A DNA stretch of 64,000 nucleotides from Promethearchaeota archaeon (GTDB lineage Archaea; Asgardarchaeota; Lokiarchaeia; Sigyniarchaeales; SOKP01): assembly GCA_016840165.1 (NCBI GenBank), contig JAEOSU010000029.1, positions 1 through 64,000 on the forward strand. The letters are read 5' to 3'. Every line of letters starts with the position of its first letter. The stretch's first letter is position 1. Below the pieces are notes generated by a model. That model was not told where the DNA came from, did no database searches, and saw only the letters and a program-made list of their open reading frames with translations. The translations under genes and the position numbers were made by a program. Of this stretch, positions 28,001-37,833 are shown piece after piece.

Positions 28001-30708
28001 TAAGTGGGGCAACCGTCGATGTAAACGGTTCTGGCGTGTCAAAAGAGCTTATAGAGAGTTATAGTAATTATACGACCATATTAGACACAAGTGAATTAAA
28101 CTTTGGTATTAATTTTCTGACGGTTTATGCTAGAAAAGACGGATACGAGCCCCAATCGATTACACTTGCAGTTCAAATAATACAAATAGAGACCGAATTA
28201 ACCTTATACCTAAATAATCAAAATAAAACCTCGAATCCTGCAATAACAACATATCCCAATCAATTTATTAATCTTACCGTTTCTTATAAAGAATCGGTTT
28301 CGATGCTGGTTATAAGTGGGGCAACCGTCGATGTAAACGGTTCTGGCGTTTCAGAAGAACTTATAGAGAGTTATGGTAACTATACTGCCTTGTTAGACAC
28401 AAGTGAGTTAAACTTTGGAGCGAACTTTCTAACGGTTTATGCCAGAAAAGACGGATACGAGCCTCAAACGATCATTATCACAGTTCAAATAATTCAAATA
28501 GAGACCGAACTAACCTTATACCTAGATGATCAAGACAAAACCTCGAATCCTGCAATAACAACATATCCCAATCAATTCATTAATCTTACCGTTTCCTATA
28601 AAGAATTAGCTTCAATGTTGCTTATAAGTGGAGCAACTGTTGATGTAAATGGTTCAGGCGTTTCAGAAGAACTCATAGAGAGTTATGGTAACTATACAGT
28701 CATGTTAGATACAAGTGAGTTAAACTTTGGAGCAAACTTTCTAACGGTTTATGCCAGAAAAGATGGATACGAGCCTCAATCGATCATTATCACAGTTCAA
28801 ATAATTCAAATAGAGACCGAACTAACCTTATACCTAGATGATCAAGACAAAACGTTGAATCCAGCAATTACAACTTATACCAATCAATTCATTAATCTTA
28901 CCGTTTCCTATAAAGAATGGATTTCGACGCTGGTTATAAGTGGAGCAACTGTCGATGTAAATGGTTCAGGAGTTTCAAAAGTTCTTATAGAGAGTTATGG
29001 TAACTATACAGTTATGTTAGATACAAGTGAATTAAACTTTGGAGCGAATTTTCTAACGGTCTATGCTAGAAAAGAGGGATACGAGCCTCAAACTATCTTA
29101 ATCACAATTCAAATAATACAAATAGAGACCGAGTTAAGCTTATATCTAAACAATGAAGACAAAACATTGAATCCTTCGATAACTACATATACCAATCAAC
29201 TAATTAATCTTACCGTTTCCTATAAAGAATTAGCTTCAATGTTGTTTATAAGTGGAGCAACTGTTGATGTAAATGGTTCAGGCGTCTCAAAAGTTCTTAT
29301 AGAGAGTTATAGTAACTATACAGTCATGTTAAATACGACTAATTTTAGTCTTGGAGCGAATTTTCTAACAATTTATGCTAGAAAAGAGGGATACGAGCCT
29401 CAATCGATCATATTCACAATACAAATGATAGAAATAAACACCAATTATACTCTATATCTAAATACTCAAGATAAAACGTTAGATAAATCAATTAAAGTTA
29501 CTATTGGTGAATTTGTAAATATTACTCTCATCTATGAGGATCATTTAGGAACTTTCCTTGATAATGCAACTGTAATCATCTTGGGAGAGGGAATTTCTCT
29601 AAATTTAACTAAGCATTCAATGTATGATCGGTATTATGTATTACTGGATTCAAACGATTTAAATTTTGGAATAAATCGGCTTACTCTCTACGCCCATCAA
29701 GATAACTATCAGCCACAGACGTTCATAGTGAATATAGAAATAATTGATAAGGATACAGATTTACATATATATATGGAATATGGTGGTGAAACCTACAATA
29801 AGACCATTGATAGGACACTTTCAATTACAATTCGAAAGTTATTAAATATTACAGTGTTTTACTTTGACATAGAAACTGGAACTGCCATTGAAGATGCTAC
29901 GGTTCAGTTAGTGGGTACAGGCCTTTCTTTAAATTTTTCAGAAAGCCTACTTAATCATCAATACTCGATTATTGTCAACACTAGTCAAATAGGTCTAGGT
30001 GTAAAATTTTTAACAATATACTGCTCACGTCCTAACTACCAATCCTATTCTGCACTTTTCAAAATTGATGTGAAAACAATAATAATGAATGTTACCACAA
30101 TGACAGGAAAAACTGTGTTTAACCTTGATCCAAGAGATGATTTTCGATTAAAAATTAGGCTCACGGATTTGGCCTTCAATATGAGTGTACTAAATGCACA
30201 ACTCCAGTATACATGGGCATTTGGTCAAGGGTATCTTACGGATGAAGATGATGATGGTATATATGAAGCTTTATTAACAGAGCTCCCTATTGGAACATAT
30301 ATCGTTTCAATAACCGTATACGCTGGAGATGATTATGAATTTACTCATTTTCAGGTAACAATGAATATAATACCACCTGCTGAAGACGTACTTCTATTCC
30401 AGATTCTAACGATTGTAGGAATTACTGCTGCCATTGGTGTTTCAGGCTATTTGATCGCATATCAAAAATTCTTGAAATATCCTAAACAAGTCCGTATGAT
30501 ACATAAGTACAAGAGTAAGTTGAAGAAGAAAAAACCATTAACCCTAGAAGTGTCAAACAGAGAGGAAATAATTCAAAAACACTATTCTGAGGAAATTAAT
30601 GCTTTGGAAAAACAGATAAAGAGAAAATTAACTCCTAAATCAGATATTACAGATACTCCTGATGAAATAATAGAGAAAACAGAAAAAACTGAATTAAATT
30701 CTCTATAA
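25093..30708 (+). CDS. Giant cell-surface glycoprotein with Ig-like repeats and C-terminal membrane anchor
   Basis: N-terminal signal/TM, many NxS/T sequons, repeated beta-sandwich units, and C-terminal TM followed by YQKFLKYPKQVR and a basic tail. Confidence 0.9.
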   Translation: MNLKNNNRKKMQKILILMVLFTSLFLISFPRNNNFVTYEPKFSEQIIMNEKPETNDLSSENSFTGIGAPWNVTHYGNRTKSDLTVSFNNNSYDDTHAQVELYGWDGYQLNSSISNLYDTRNWVNGTFHAGSFGGSPSGSDDSDYLVNWTFVDGDIGPNNNPTSGNYFDTSSGNSDGQDCLELRIDADSGDYDVGDECSWETSVDLDRGDVEEARLSFSTRAYYSDGFNNHMVLQVLVNDKVLWGNGLASILEASGNPSSPQWGDWYKPPTILLDVNDEDIFPTGVKNLNVTFQFKRVSGTASGYADYYTVLFDNVSLIIKAKAKPTQLELQLNNEDINDGSNYGEGNLGVVGNWNGSIQSSVVANFSSNANWPLTYDDNGNILSYKIELETDLNLFATKLTPESYYTADPSIEFQGSSFSSSNNSNTSWTTYAHMEVPAGYEETNMTVEFPSDYSLTGVFFSLNPNSISQTSITTYGNKKVVNIPVSSITSNTNGFWRLTALSPNYCEELNIYNNNTGDWELDTQFLSGEYINITGKINNSLGYIQQTKAQLQIRFPNGTIWIEQSQWHSIETTGWIYFDPIRIPSDIPFYEVGEYEAIITWNNTYSSFGLNESGVIYKTFTVIHDSLLYPDQGTFFIDNVLDDRIINIKVSFNDLIDNTAIDYALVYTNFTGTVETLDRISPGFYLYEFNASKAKPGNNTVTIYANHSFYLNKAIDITVYVIAQTILTAEEYPSLEVTWNNNFIVHLNYTYESNGTGIENADLTIEWNGEQSLMSGNGLYNLTLNSSLYEINKVYNLIITFNKIGHEEQTMIISIGIVPRETEIASIFINGIDCTANKSYNIRSGQLLNFNITYNDLEASGSFIKGAIVTLNKTTEIGEIFDENPTYYNLTLDSIYLGVGTSFINIIATKTNYTSTIVLLTINVFERSTDYKIYLDEEDYTTNPAITTYPDQFINLTVSYIDTITSLFISGATVDVNGSGVSKELIESYSNYTTILDTSELNFGINFLTVYARKDGYEPQSITLAVQIIQIETELTLYLNNQNKTSNPAITTYPNQFINLTVSYKESVSMLVISGATVDVNGSGVSEELIESYGNYTALLDTSELNFGANFLTVYARKDGYEPQTIIITVQIIQIETELTLYLDDQDKTSNPAITTYPNQFINLTVSYKELASMLLISGATVDVNGSGVSEELIESYGNYTVMLDTSELNFGANFLTVYARKDGYEPQSIIITVQIIQIETELTLYLDDQDKTLNPAITTYTNQFINLTVSYKEWISTLVISGATVDVNGSGVSKVLIESYGNYTVMLDTSELNFGANFLTVYARKEGYEPQTILITIQIIQIETELSLYLNNEDKTLNPSITTYTNQLINLTVSYKELASMLFISGATVDVNGSGVSKVLIESYSNYTVMLNTTNFSLGANFLTIYARKEGYEPQSIIFTIQMIEINTNYTLYLNTQDKTLDKSIKVTIGEFVNITLIYEDHLGTFLDNATVIILGEGISLNLTKHSMYDRYYVLLDSNDLNFGINRLTLYAHQDNYQPQTFIVNIEIIDKDTDLHIYMEYGGETYNKTIDRTLSITIRKLLNITVFYFDIETGTAIEDATVQLVGTGLSLNFSESLLNHQYSIIVNTSQIGLGVKFLTIYCSRPNYQSYSALFKIDVKTIIMNVTTMTGKTVFNLDPRDDFRLKIRLTDLAFNMSVLNAQLQYTWAFGQGYLTDEDDDGIYEALLTELPIGTYIVSITVYAGDDYEFTHFQVTMNIIPPAEDVLLFQILTIVGITAAIGVSGYLIAYQKFLKYPKQVRMIHKYKSKLKKKKPLTLEVSNREEIIQKHYSEEINALEKQIKRKLTPKSDITDTPDEIIEKTEKTELNSL
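27870..29430 (+). repeat. Five tandem 312-bp (104-aa) intragenic repeats
   Basis: The AATCC anchor (NP codons) recurs at 27922, 28234, 28546, 28858 and 29170. ISGATVDVNGSGVS and YARK(D/E)GYEPQ occur in each unit. Edges approximate. Confidence 0.93.
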
Positions 30709-30811
30709 CTTTTAATTAGATTTTATTAAATCTTTTTTATTAACTTCTTTTTTATTTTTTCCTTTTTTATTTTTTATAAAACAAACTTTTTATTAACCAA
30801 GTTAAATCCAA

Positions 30812-31225
30812 ATGTATATGTCAGACTTAAAAACAAAACCGACAGATAAGAATGTAGTAGAATTTTTAAATAAAGTTGAGAATCCCAAAAAGCGAGAGGA
30901 TTCATTTAAAATCTTAGATCTAATGCGTGAAGTGACGCAAGAAGAACCCATTATGTGGGGAGACAGTATTATAGGATTTGGTAATTATCACTACAAGTAT
31001 AAGAGTGGGCGGGAAGGAGATTGGTTCTTGATTGGATTCTCCCCTCGCAAGCAGAGTCTCACATTATATATTATGTCGGGTTTCGATAATTATGAAGAAA
31101 AACTCAAAAAACTTGGTAAATTTAAAACAGGGAAATCATGCCTTTATATAAACAAACTTGAAGATGTGAATATCTCTATTCTAAAAGAATTAATTGCTGA
31201 TTCAATTAATTATGTAAAACGTTAA
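30812..31225 (+). CDS. DUF1801/YdhG-like protein
   Basis: MWGDSIIGFGNYHYKYKSGREGDW...GFSPRK...GKSCLYI. Confidence 0.88.
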   Translation: MYMSDLKTKPTDKNVVEFLNKVENPKKREDSFKILDLMREVTQEEPIMWGDSIIGFGNYHYKYKSGREGDWFLIGFSPRKQSLTLYIMSGFDNYEEKLKKLGKFKTGKSCLYINKLEDVNISILKELIADSINYVKR

Positions 31226-31348
31226 TTATCTTTTTTTATTAATAATGAATATTCATTCATAAAGGTTAAATACTGAAAAAAATAAGGTAACATAGCTTTA
31301 AATAATGAATAATAATTCATAATGAACCTAAAATAAAAGGTAATTTTA

Positions 31349-31534
31349 ATGGTAAGCTATCAACTAATAATTAAAGATGACAAGTTCGATAAGGAAGATT
31401 CATATTTTGTAGACGCTAAAATACCCAAAATGTGTTGGGGATGTGAAAAGAAATATCAATCGGGTTATATGGTAAGAGATGTGACAAAATCACGTCGAAT
31501 TTTTTTCTGTAAGGAATGTTATGAGAAGCTATAA
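31349..31534 (+). CDS. Small zinc-finger protein
   Basis: CWGC...CKEC; AAGGT SD-like sequence upstream. Confidence 0.7.
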   Translation: MVSYQLIIKDDKFDKEDSYFVDAKIPKMCWGCEKKYQSGYMVRDVTKSRRIFFCKECYEKL

Positions 31535-31556
31535 TCTTTGAAAGTAGACTCGTCTC

Positions 31557-33113
31557 TCATTTGTCAAATTTACCTCTACCATAGAGTAGGCTCATAGAGG
31601 TTAAATCATCACTAAATTTTTTATTTAGTTGTTCCCAAGTAAATCGCCACTTCCAATTTTCGCTTGTCGTTCCTGGAACATTCATTCTAGCCTCATCACC
31701 TAATCGTAGAAGGTCTTGAAGTGGTATTACTGCCATTTTGGCAACTGAACTCCAGATAAGACGGATCAAGTCTCCTACTATATCTTTTCCGTCAGAGCCC
31801 GTATAATCAAGGATATGTTTTTTCACTCTTTTAGGTAAGTCGTCGAACCATGCTGTCGTGGTCTGATTGTCATGGGTACCAGTATAGGCAATTGAATTTT
31901 GGTTGTAATTATGAGGAAGAAATTTATTATTAGCATGATCCTCGGTTTTCTCTTCAAATGCAAAATGTAGGACTCTCATTCCTGGATATCCTGTATCATG
32001 AAGTAATTTTTCGACTTTAGGAGTAATTAAACCTAAATCTTCAGCAATAATTGCTAAGTTTCCTAATTCTTGCTGTAACTTGCGAAAGATGTCTATTCCC
32101 GGACCAGGTTTCCACTCTCCTATTATTGCAGTATCTTCAGAGGCAGGAATCTGCCAATAGGATTCAAATCCACGGAAATGATCGATACGCAATATATCTA
32201 CAATTTGAAAACAATGTTTTATACGTTGGATCCACCATCTATAATCATCCTTTTTCATTAGATCCCAATCATATAACGGATTGCCCCATCTTTGTCCTGT
32301 TTCCGAAAAATAATCAGGGGGAACGCCGGCAACATATTTTAATTTTCTTTTCTCATCAAGCTGATAATATTCGGGATAAGACCATACGTCAACGGAATCA
32401 TACGCTACAAATATCGGAATGTCACCAATGATCTTGATCTTTTTTTTGTTAGCATATTCCTTTGCTTCATTCCATTGTTTAAAGAACAAATATTGAGTGA
32501 ATTTCTGAAATTCAATTTCACTTTCATGATTTTTGGTCCAGTCTTCAATAGCAGAGGTTTCATAAAATCTTAAATCCTTCTCCCATTTAATCCAAGCCCT
32601 CAAATTGTTTTCCAACTTGATTGACATGAATACGCTAAAATCATCGAGCCAAAACTTATGTATGTTGACAAAATTATTGAACTCCTTTTGAATAATGGAA
32701 GATGTATTTTTTTTATATTCATTAAATGCGCGCTCTAGAAGGCTCCATTTATATTCAATTATTCTCCCGAAATCTACATAAGAATCAGGAAAAGGTTCAT
32801 TTGTTTCACATTCTTTTTCCGAAAGTAATTCCATTGTAATTAATTTCTCAAGACTAATAAGCATTGGATTCCCCGCAAATGCAGAAAAACTTTGATACGG
32901 AGAGTCTGCATACCCCGTTGGGCCTAGAGGAAGGATTTGCCAAAGGTTTAATTTAGATTCATATAAAAAATCAACAAATTTATATAGCCCAGGACCAAGG
33001 TCTCCTATTCCATATTTAGAAGGTAAACTAGTAGGATGAAGCAATATTCCTCCATATCTTTCAGTAAGAGTGGAATCTTGATTTAATTTCTCCTTATCAT
33101 TTATTGAAAGCAT
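31557..33113 (-). CDS. malQ: 4-alpha-glucanotransferase (amylomaltase, GH77)
   Basis: GILLHPTSLP, GDIPIFV, GVPPDYFSETGQRWGNP, RIDHFRG, AEDLG, GTHDN, RMNVPG. Confidence 0.96.
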   Translation of the reverse strand: MLSINDKEKLNQDSTLTERYGGILLHPTSLPSKYGIGDLGPGLYKFVDFLYESKLNLWQILPLGPTGYADSPYQSFSAFAGNPMLISLEKLITMELLSEKECETNEPFPDSYVDFGRIIEYKWSLLERAFNEYKKNTSSIIQKEFNNFVNIHKFWLDDFSVFMSIKLENNLRAWIKWEKDLRFYETSAIEDWTKNHESEIEFQKFTQYLFFKQWNEAKEYANKKKIKIIGDIPIFVAYDSVDVWSYPEYYQLDEKRKLKYVAGVPPDYFSETGQRWGNPLYDWDLMKKDDYRWWIQRIKHCFQIVDILRIDHFRGFESYWQIPASEDTAIIGEWKPGPGIDIFRKLQQELGNLAIIAEDLGLITPKVEKLLHDTGYPGMRVLHFAFEEKTEDHANNKFLPHNYNQNSIAYTGTHDNQTTTAWFDDLPKRVKKHILDYTGSDGKDIVGDLIRLIWSSVAKMAVIPLQDLLRLGDEARMNVPGTTSENWKWRFTWEQLNKKFSDDLTSMSLLYGRGKFDK

Positions 33114-33162
33114 AGCTCTTTTCACCTCTTATTTTCTCTTAATAAAGAAGTTATTTTATTAT

Positions 33163-33477
33163 TCATAAAAAAGCCTTCCATTCATCAATATTTAACTTTA
33201 AAAGATCAATCTCGTATAATTCTGACGTCCCTTTTAATTTACTTTCTAATTCACTTATTTTACTAGTTATAAACTCCTTTATCTTATGAATACTTCTTTC
33301 TTTTTTATTTAATTCTTCAAGAATTTGATCACCGATCGAATTTCTTATCAAATATAAATCATAGGCTTCTTTTGATAAATTTGCAATTAAATTCGGATGA
33401 TACATCTGTTTAAATTTAAAGATTTTTTCTTCCATTTTCTGTAGATAAAAAAAATCATTTATCCTATTATCATTCAT
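33163..33477 (-). CDS. Hypothetical helical protein
   Basis: Start overlaps the stop of the MFS gene (ATGA coupling). Confidence 0.7.
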   Translation of the reverse strand: MNDNRINDFFYLQKMEEKIFKFKQMYHPNLIANLSKEAYDLYLIRNSIGDQILEELNKKERSIHKIKEFITSKISELESKLKGTSELYEIDLLKLNIDEWKAFL

Positions 33478-34883
33478 TTCATCAAATCTCTTTTATTTTT
33501 ATCTAAATAATCTAAATAATTTTTTTCTTTTATCTGATGAATCTTGATAAGTTTATCCTTTTGTTTGAGCCATTCAGGTCCGTCTAAAGGATAAAATAGC
33601 ATAATTAAAGCACCAGCAAATAAAAATATAAAGGGAACAAGAGCGAATGCTGCCATTATCCCTAATTGAGTACTTAAATTCTGAACTTTTTGTTCAGCAT
33701 CAAATCCAAATAAACTAATTATGACTAAAAATAACCAATTTGCGAGGGATATTGCAGGTTTAGTTATTAACGCATTAATTCCCGAATAGGTGGTTTCTCT
33801 TCGTTTACTAGTGCGCACTTCATCATAATCAACGATGTCGGCCACAACAGCTTGATTAGAGAGCATATACCCCGATATACCTGAACCGACAAGTATAAAA
33901 GCAAATAAAGCAAATTGAAAGGTCCATCCGATAAAAAAGATTAAAAAAAAGCTTAGCCCCGTCCAAAATAGTGCTAAAATAAAGGTTTTCTTTACTCCAA
34001 TCTTCCGAATGATTATATTAAACACTCCTATAAATATGAAAATCATTAAGAACACAATAATCAATGGAACTGTTGTAAAAATACCTGTTAATTTCAGTAC
34101 ATAATCAATATAATAGAAGATTGCTGTGGTGAGGATAGTCTGGGCAAATGTAAAAGAAAAATTAGCTCCTTCAAATATGAGGAACGGAGTATTTTTAAAG
34201 GTCTCTTTAACTGCTTTAATAATTGGAAGCGTAGGTTCCATCTGAGTATATTTATTCTCCTTTAAATAAAAACTACTTATAAATAGGATTATTGTAGATA
34301 TGATGCCTACCAATATCATTGCAATCAAAAAGATAAATGGTGCATCCGGAGATTCATTTCCTGTGAGAAAAATAATGGGTAGGATGTATGCTATTAAAAG
34401 CGAGATTGAACTAATAATATTGCTATACATTAACAAGTTTCCACGGGCTTTTACAGTTAAAGCCATCTCTGCGGGGAGAGTATAATTTATAAGGCCAAGA
34501 ATAGTAAAAAGAGTATCAAAAACAAAAAGGACGATAATAAGATTTATAAAGAGAGCAAGTTCATTATTTTGATCTACAAAAGGTATCCAGCAGAGGATAA
34601 ACACTATACCATATATAGGAGCACCAAACCTAATATATGGCACCCGACGCCCATACTTTTCTGATTTGGTGTTATCTTCGATAAATCCAAATATTGGATC
34701 ATTAACGGCATTCCAGAAAGAAAACAGTAACCATGCAATACCAATCAATTCTGCATTTAACCCCAATATAACATTATAGAAAAAAGTAATAGCTGAAAAG
34801 GTGATTTGGGAGGGTAGACTAATTCCTGCCCCCAATCCTCCGTAAGCTAACTTTAATTTAAGGGGTAGATTCTCTTCAACCAT
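33474..34883 (-). CDS. GPH-family (MelB-like) sugar:cation symporter
   Basis: AVNDPIFG...GRRVPY, ADIVDYDE...RRE; about 12 TM; co-oriented with malQ. Confidence 0.9.
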   Translation of the reverse strand: MVEENLPLKLKLAYGGLGAGISLPSQITFSAITFFYNVILGLNAELIGIAWLLFSFWNAVNDPIFGFIEDNTKSEKYGRRVPYIRFGAPIYGIVFILCWIPFVDQNNELALFINLIIVLFVFDTLFTILGLINYTLPAEMALTVKARGNLLMYSNIISSISLLIAYILPIIFLTGNESPDAPFIFLIAMILVGIISTIILFISSFYLKENKYTQMEPTLPIIKAVKETFKNTPFLIFEGANFSFTFAQTILTTAIFYYIDYVLKLTGIFTTVPLIIVFLMIFIFIGVFNIIIRKIGVKKTFILALFWTGLSFFLIFFIGWTFQFALFAFILVGSGISGYMLSNQAVVADIVDYDEVRTSKRRETTYSGINALITKPAISLANWLFLVIISLFGFDAEQKVQNLSTQLGIMAAFALVPFIFLFAGALIMLFYPLDGPEWLKQKDKLIKIHQIKEKNYLDYLDKNKRDLMK

Positions 34884-34918
34884 TAATGATCTTTACATAA
34901 TCTTTAAATATTAATGCA

Positions 34919-35185
34919 ATGGTTTTAAAAACTTTTAGCAAGGTAGCTAAAGATATTTATCTCCCAATTCTCACAGCTATTATTGAGGAGGGTATTGAGG
35001 CGGGTTCGTTTGATACAGAATATTCTGCGGAGACTATAGAATTGCTTTTAGAGATTATGCGTTATTTAGCAGAATTTACAACTACTCCACAGAGCAATAA
35101 GTTGGAGCGAATGATTCAAGCAACGAATAACATTTTCCGTAAATCATTGGGAAGCAAAGATGAGATCCTGATAATCCCATTTTAA
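34919..35185 (+). pseudogene. Fragment resembling a TetR-family C-terminal domain (no HTH)
   Basis: PILTAIIEEGIEAGSFDTEY motif; no room upstream for the N-terminal HTH. Confidence 0.55.
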
Positions 35186-35363
35186 TAATCAATACATCAA
35201 TGAAATTAAATAATATTTGTCTATTGCTAGTAAAATCATCATCATTATCATCACCATCATCTTCAAATCCTGTAAAAGTATTAACAACTTGAGTTGTAAA
35301 TACAATAACAGAAATGGAAACAAAGACAAACATCAAAATTGCAATGATTAACACTTTTTTCAT
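35082..35363 (-). CDS. Small signal-peptide/TM protein with acidic tract (3' end uncertain)
   Basis: MKKVLIIAILMFVFV...FEDDGDDNDDD; starts 5 nt after the upstream stop; tail overlaps the TetR fragment. Confidence 0.5.
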   Translation of the reverse strand: MKKVLIIAILMFVFVSISVIVFTTQVVNTFTGFEDDGDDNDDDFTSNRQILFNFIDVLIIKMGLSGSHLCFPMIYGKCYSLLESFAPTYCSVE

Positions 35364-35368
35364 GCATT

Positions 35369-36001
35369 TCAACCCCAGAAAAGTATTAAAAATTCAGTAT
35401 TTATTAAAAAAATATGAATCCCTAAAAGAAAAGATAAACTGAGCATGATATAATGAACTTTTATAAAATTTTTAAAGCCAAACTTCTTCATCCTTTCCAG
35501 ATCTCTAAAATAAAAAGCACTCAATGCCACCGAAAACATTATTAAGCCGAATAATATCCCTGTCCAAAGTTTTACCATAAATAAAGGATAAGGGATGTGG
35601 TTATATTCCCCATCAAATATGAGATCACCCCACGGATCAGATCCTAAAAGGGTACCGATATGGATTAAAAAAACAGTTATCGTTATAGTTGCATTTAAAC
35701 AGTGCAAATTACGTGCTTTTTGATAAGATTTGAAGCTTTTTGCAATTTTTTTTGTATTTATTCCAAAAATTGAACTCACTATAAACCATACAAAAGTTGT
35801 AAAGCCCAATGCTCTCCCAACTATCCATAAAGTACCATTATCTTCCTCTATATGGTGAAGACAACTCCTATTCTGATTTAAATTGACGAGAAATAACGGA
35901 ATTATAATAGAAATGATTAAAATAATTAGGATAATTACAAGAAATAGAGGATATATCCGAGAAATCTTAACTGAAGATTTAGAATTATTATCACCTTTCA
36001 C
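35369..36001 (-). CDS. Ferric reductase-like (heme b) transmembrane protein
   Basis: GRALG, paired His in TM helices (LHCLN...IHIG; KVHY...GIH). Confidence 0.7.
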   Translation of the reverse strand: MKGDNNSKSSVKISRIYPLFLVIILIILIISIIIPLFLVNLNQNRSCLHHIEEDNGTLWIVGRALGFTTFVWFIVSSIFGINTKKIAKSFKSYQKARNLHCLNATITITVFLIHIGTLLGSDPWGDLIFDGEYNHIPYPLFMVKLWTGILFGLIMFSVALSAFYFRDLERMKKFGFKNFIKVHYIMLSLSFLLGIHIFLINTEFLILFWG

Positions 36002-36108
36002 AATAGTTAATAATTTTGTGCCAATAATATAAAAAATTAATGAAAGAATTATAGAACTTAATCACATTACTTATTAATAAAATAGCATTGGATCTAATTT
36101 GAATTCAT

Positions 36109-36630
36109 ATGCCATGGAAAGAGATATCTAAAGATGCTATAATTTTTGATCCCAAAGTTCAGTCATATTGTAATAATCCGAAATTTATTTGCCCATATTA
36201 TGGTCATTCATGGGCTTGTCCTCCAAATGCCCCATTTCTTGAAGATGAGATTTTGAATTATAAAAAATATTATTTAATTTATACAAAATTTGATTTAAAG
36301 GAGGAAAATCAGAACAAACATAAAAAATCTTTCAGGTATGAATACATGAGAGACAATATGGAACAGGAAATGGAAAATTTCCTCCAAACTCATCAAGAAA
36401 AATTAACAGAATTGAGGATTCTATGGGATGGACATTGTCGTATATGTGAAAAAGAAGATAAGAAATGTAGCATAAAAGATGATGATCCATGTAGATATCC
36501 TGAAAAAATTAGATATTCAATGGAAGCTGTTGGCATAGATGTCACCCAAACAGTAAAAAATGTTAATCTTGATATAGAGTGGCCCCCTCTCAACCATGTC
36601 TACCGGTTTGGATTAGTTTGTATCAAATAG
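36109..36630 (+). CDS. DUF2284 Cys-rich metal-binding protein
   Basis: CPYYGHSWACPP, GHCRIC, CRYP...RYSMEAVGIDV. Confidence 0.88.
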   Translation: MPWKEISKDAIIFDPKVQSYCNNPKFICPYYGHSWACPPNAPFLEDEILNYKKYYLIYTKFDLKEENQNKHKKSFRYEYMRDNMEQEMENFLQTHQEKLTELRILWDGHCRICEKEDKKCSIKDDDPCRYPEKIRYSMEAVGIDVTQTVKNVNLDIEWPPLNHVYRFGLVCIK

Positions 36631-36638
36631 ATATCCAG

Positions 36639-36968
36639 TTATATATTATCTATCTTTGCCGCCATTATAAAGTCATTCTTATGCAAACCTTTAATTGCAT
36701 GAGTATGTAGTTCTAAAAGCACTTTATCATAATATATATAAATATCTGGGTGGTGTCCTTCATTTTCTGCTATATCTGCAACTTTATTGACAAATTCAAT
36801 TGCCTTTATAAAGTTATCAAAATAAAATTCTTTTCTAATACGATGAATTCCCTCCCTTTCTAGACTCCAGCCTTGAACCTCTCTTATATATTCTTCTTCC
36901 TTTTGATTTTCTAATGGTGGAATCCCACCTTCACATGGAACACACTTTTGGTTTATTAAATCAGTCAT
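36639..36968 (-). CDS. phhB: Pterin-4-alpha-carbinolamine dehydratase
   Basis: CVPCEGG, AENEGHHPD, THAIKGLHKNDFIMAAKID. Confidence 0.92.
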   Translation of the reverse strand: MTDLINQKCVPCEGGIPPLENQKEEEYIREVQGWSLEREGIHRIRKEFYFDNFIKAIEFVNKVADIAENEGHHPDIYIYYDKVLLELHTHAIKGLHKNDFIMAAKIDNI

Positions 36969-37155
36969 TCTTAGTATCACAAACAATTCGAGGTTTTTAG
37001 TATTTAATATTGATTTATGAGGTTCATATATTAGAATTTGTATTATAATCCATAAAAAAAAATGAGCTAATTTAAGTTATTTATCCATAATCCTACGGAG
37101 ATTTTTATTTTTCATAATACTGAGCTTTTTTATCTGAGTTTGTAACGATAATAAT

Positions 37156-37737
37156 ATGGAAATAATATTTATTATTCTAATTGTAGTTGGAGTGATTATA
37201 GGATTATGGATTGCGTGGGGAATTATCTCTCCGCATATTTGGGAACAACCAGAATATGAAGTTAAAGAAAAGGAAGGTAAATTTGAAATACGTCGATATA
37301 AAGATGCAAAAATCCTTTCAACAACAACCTCGGAGTTTAATAATGCCTTTTCGGTGCTCTCATCTTATATATTTGGAAAGAACAAAGAAAAAGAGAAAAT
37401 TGCTATGACCTCTCCAGTATTAACCGAGATGGAAACTGATAACACGATGAAGATGGTGTTTTTTATTCCTAAAAAATATAGGAATAAACAGATGCCAACT
37501 CCTTATTCTGATGATATAGAATTTTCCACACAAAATGCACGAGATGTGGCAGTTGTCCGCTTTCATGGTCTTATGACCGTAAAAAAAAGGGAGAAAAATC
37601 TTGATAAACTACTTGAACTACTCACAAGGAAAGAGATACAAACAAAAGGAAGTGCTTTCTATATGAACTATAGTGATCCTTTTGTCCCACCTCCATTGCG
37701 GATTAATGAAATTGGAATTGAAATCTATTCCGAATAA
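37156..37737 (+). CDS. SOUL heme-binding family protein with N-terminal TM anchor
   Basis: EQPEYEV...FEIRRY, LSSYIFGKN...KIAMTSPV, YSDPFVPPPLRINE. Confidence 0.88.
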   Translation: MEIIFIILIVVGVIIGLWIAWGIISPHIWEQPEYEVKEKEGKFEIRRYKDAKILSTTTSEFNNAFSVLSSYIFGKNKEKEKIAMTSPVLTEMETDNTMKMVFFIPKKYRNKQMPTPYSDDIEFSTQNARDVAVVRFHGLMTVKKREKNLDKLLELLTRKEIQTKGSAFYMNYSDPFVPPPLRINEIGIEIYSE

Positions 37738-37833
37738 TCTTTTCCGCAAAAATATATTATCTAACACTTCGAAATTATTTACAAAGGTAAAATAAAATAA
37801 AAAAAAATTAGTTAAAATTATAATCTTAGTTTT

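Noticed and set aside
27870-29430. CRISPR array or diversity-generating retroelement repeats
   Set aside because: Units are 312-bp in-frame coding repeats with no spacers, and no cas or reverse transcriptase gene is present.
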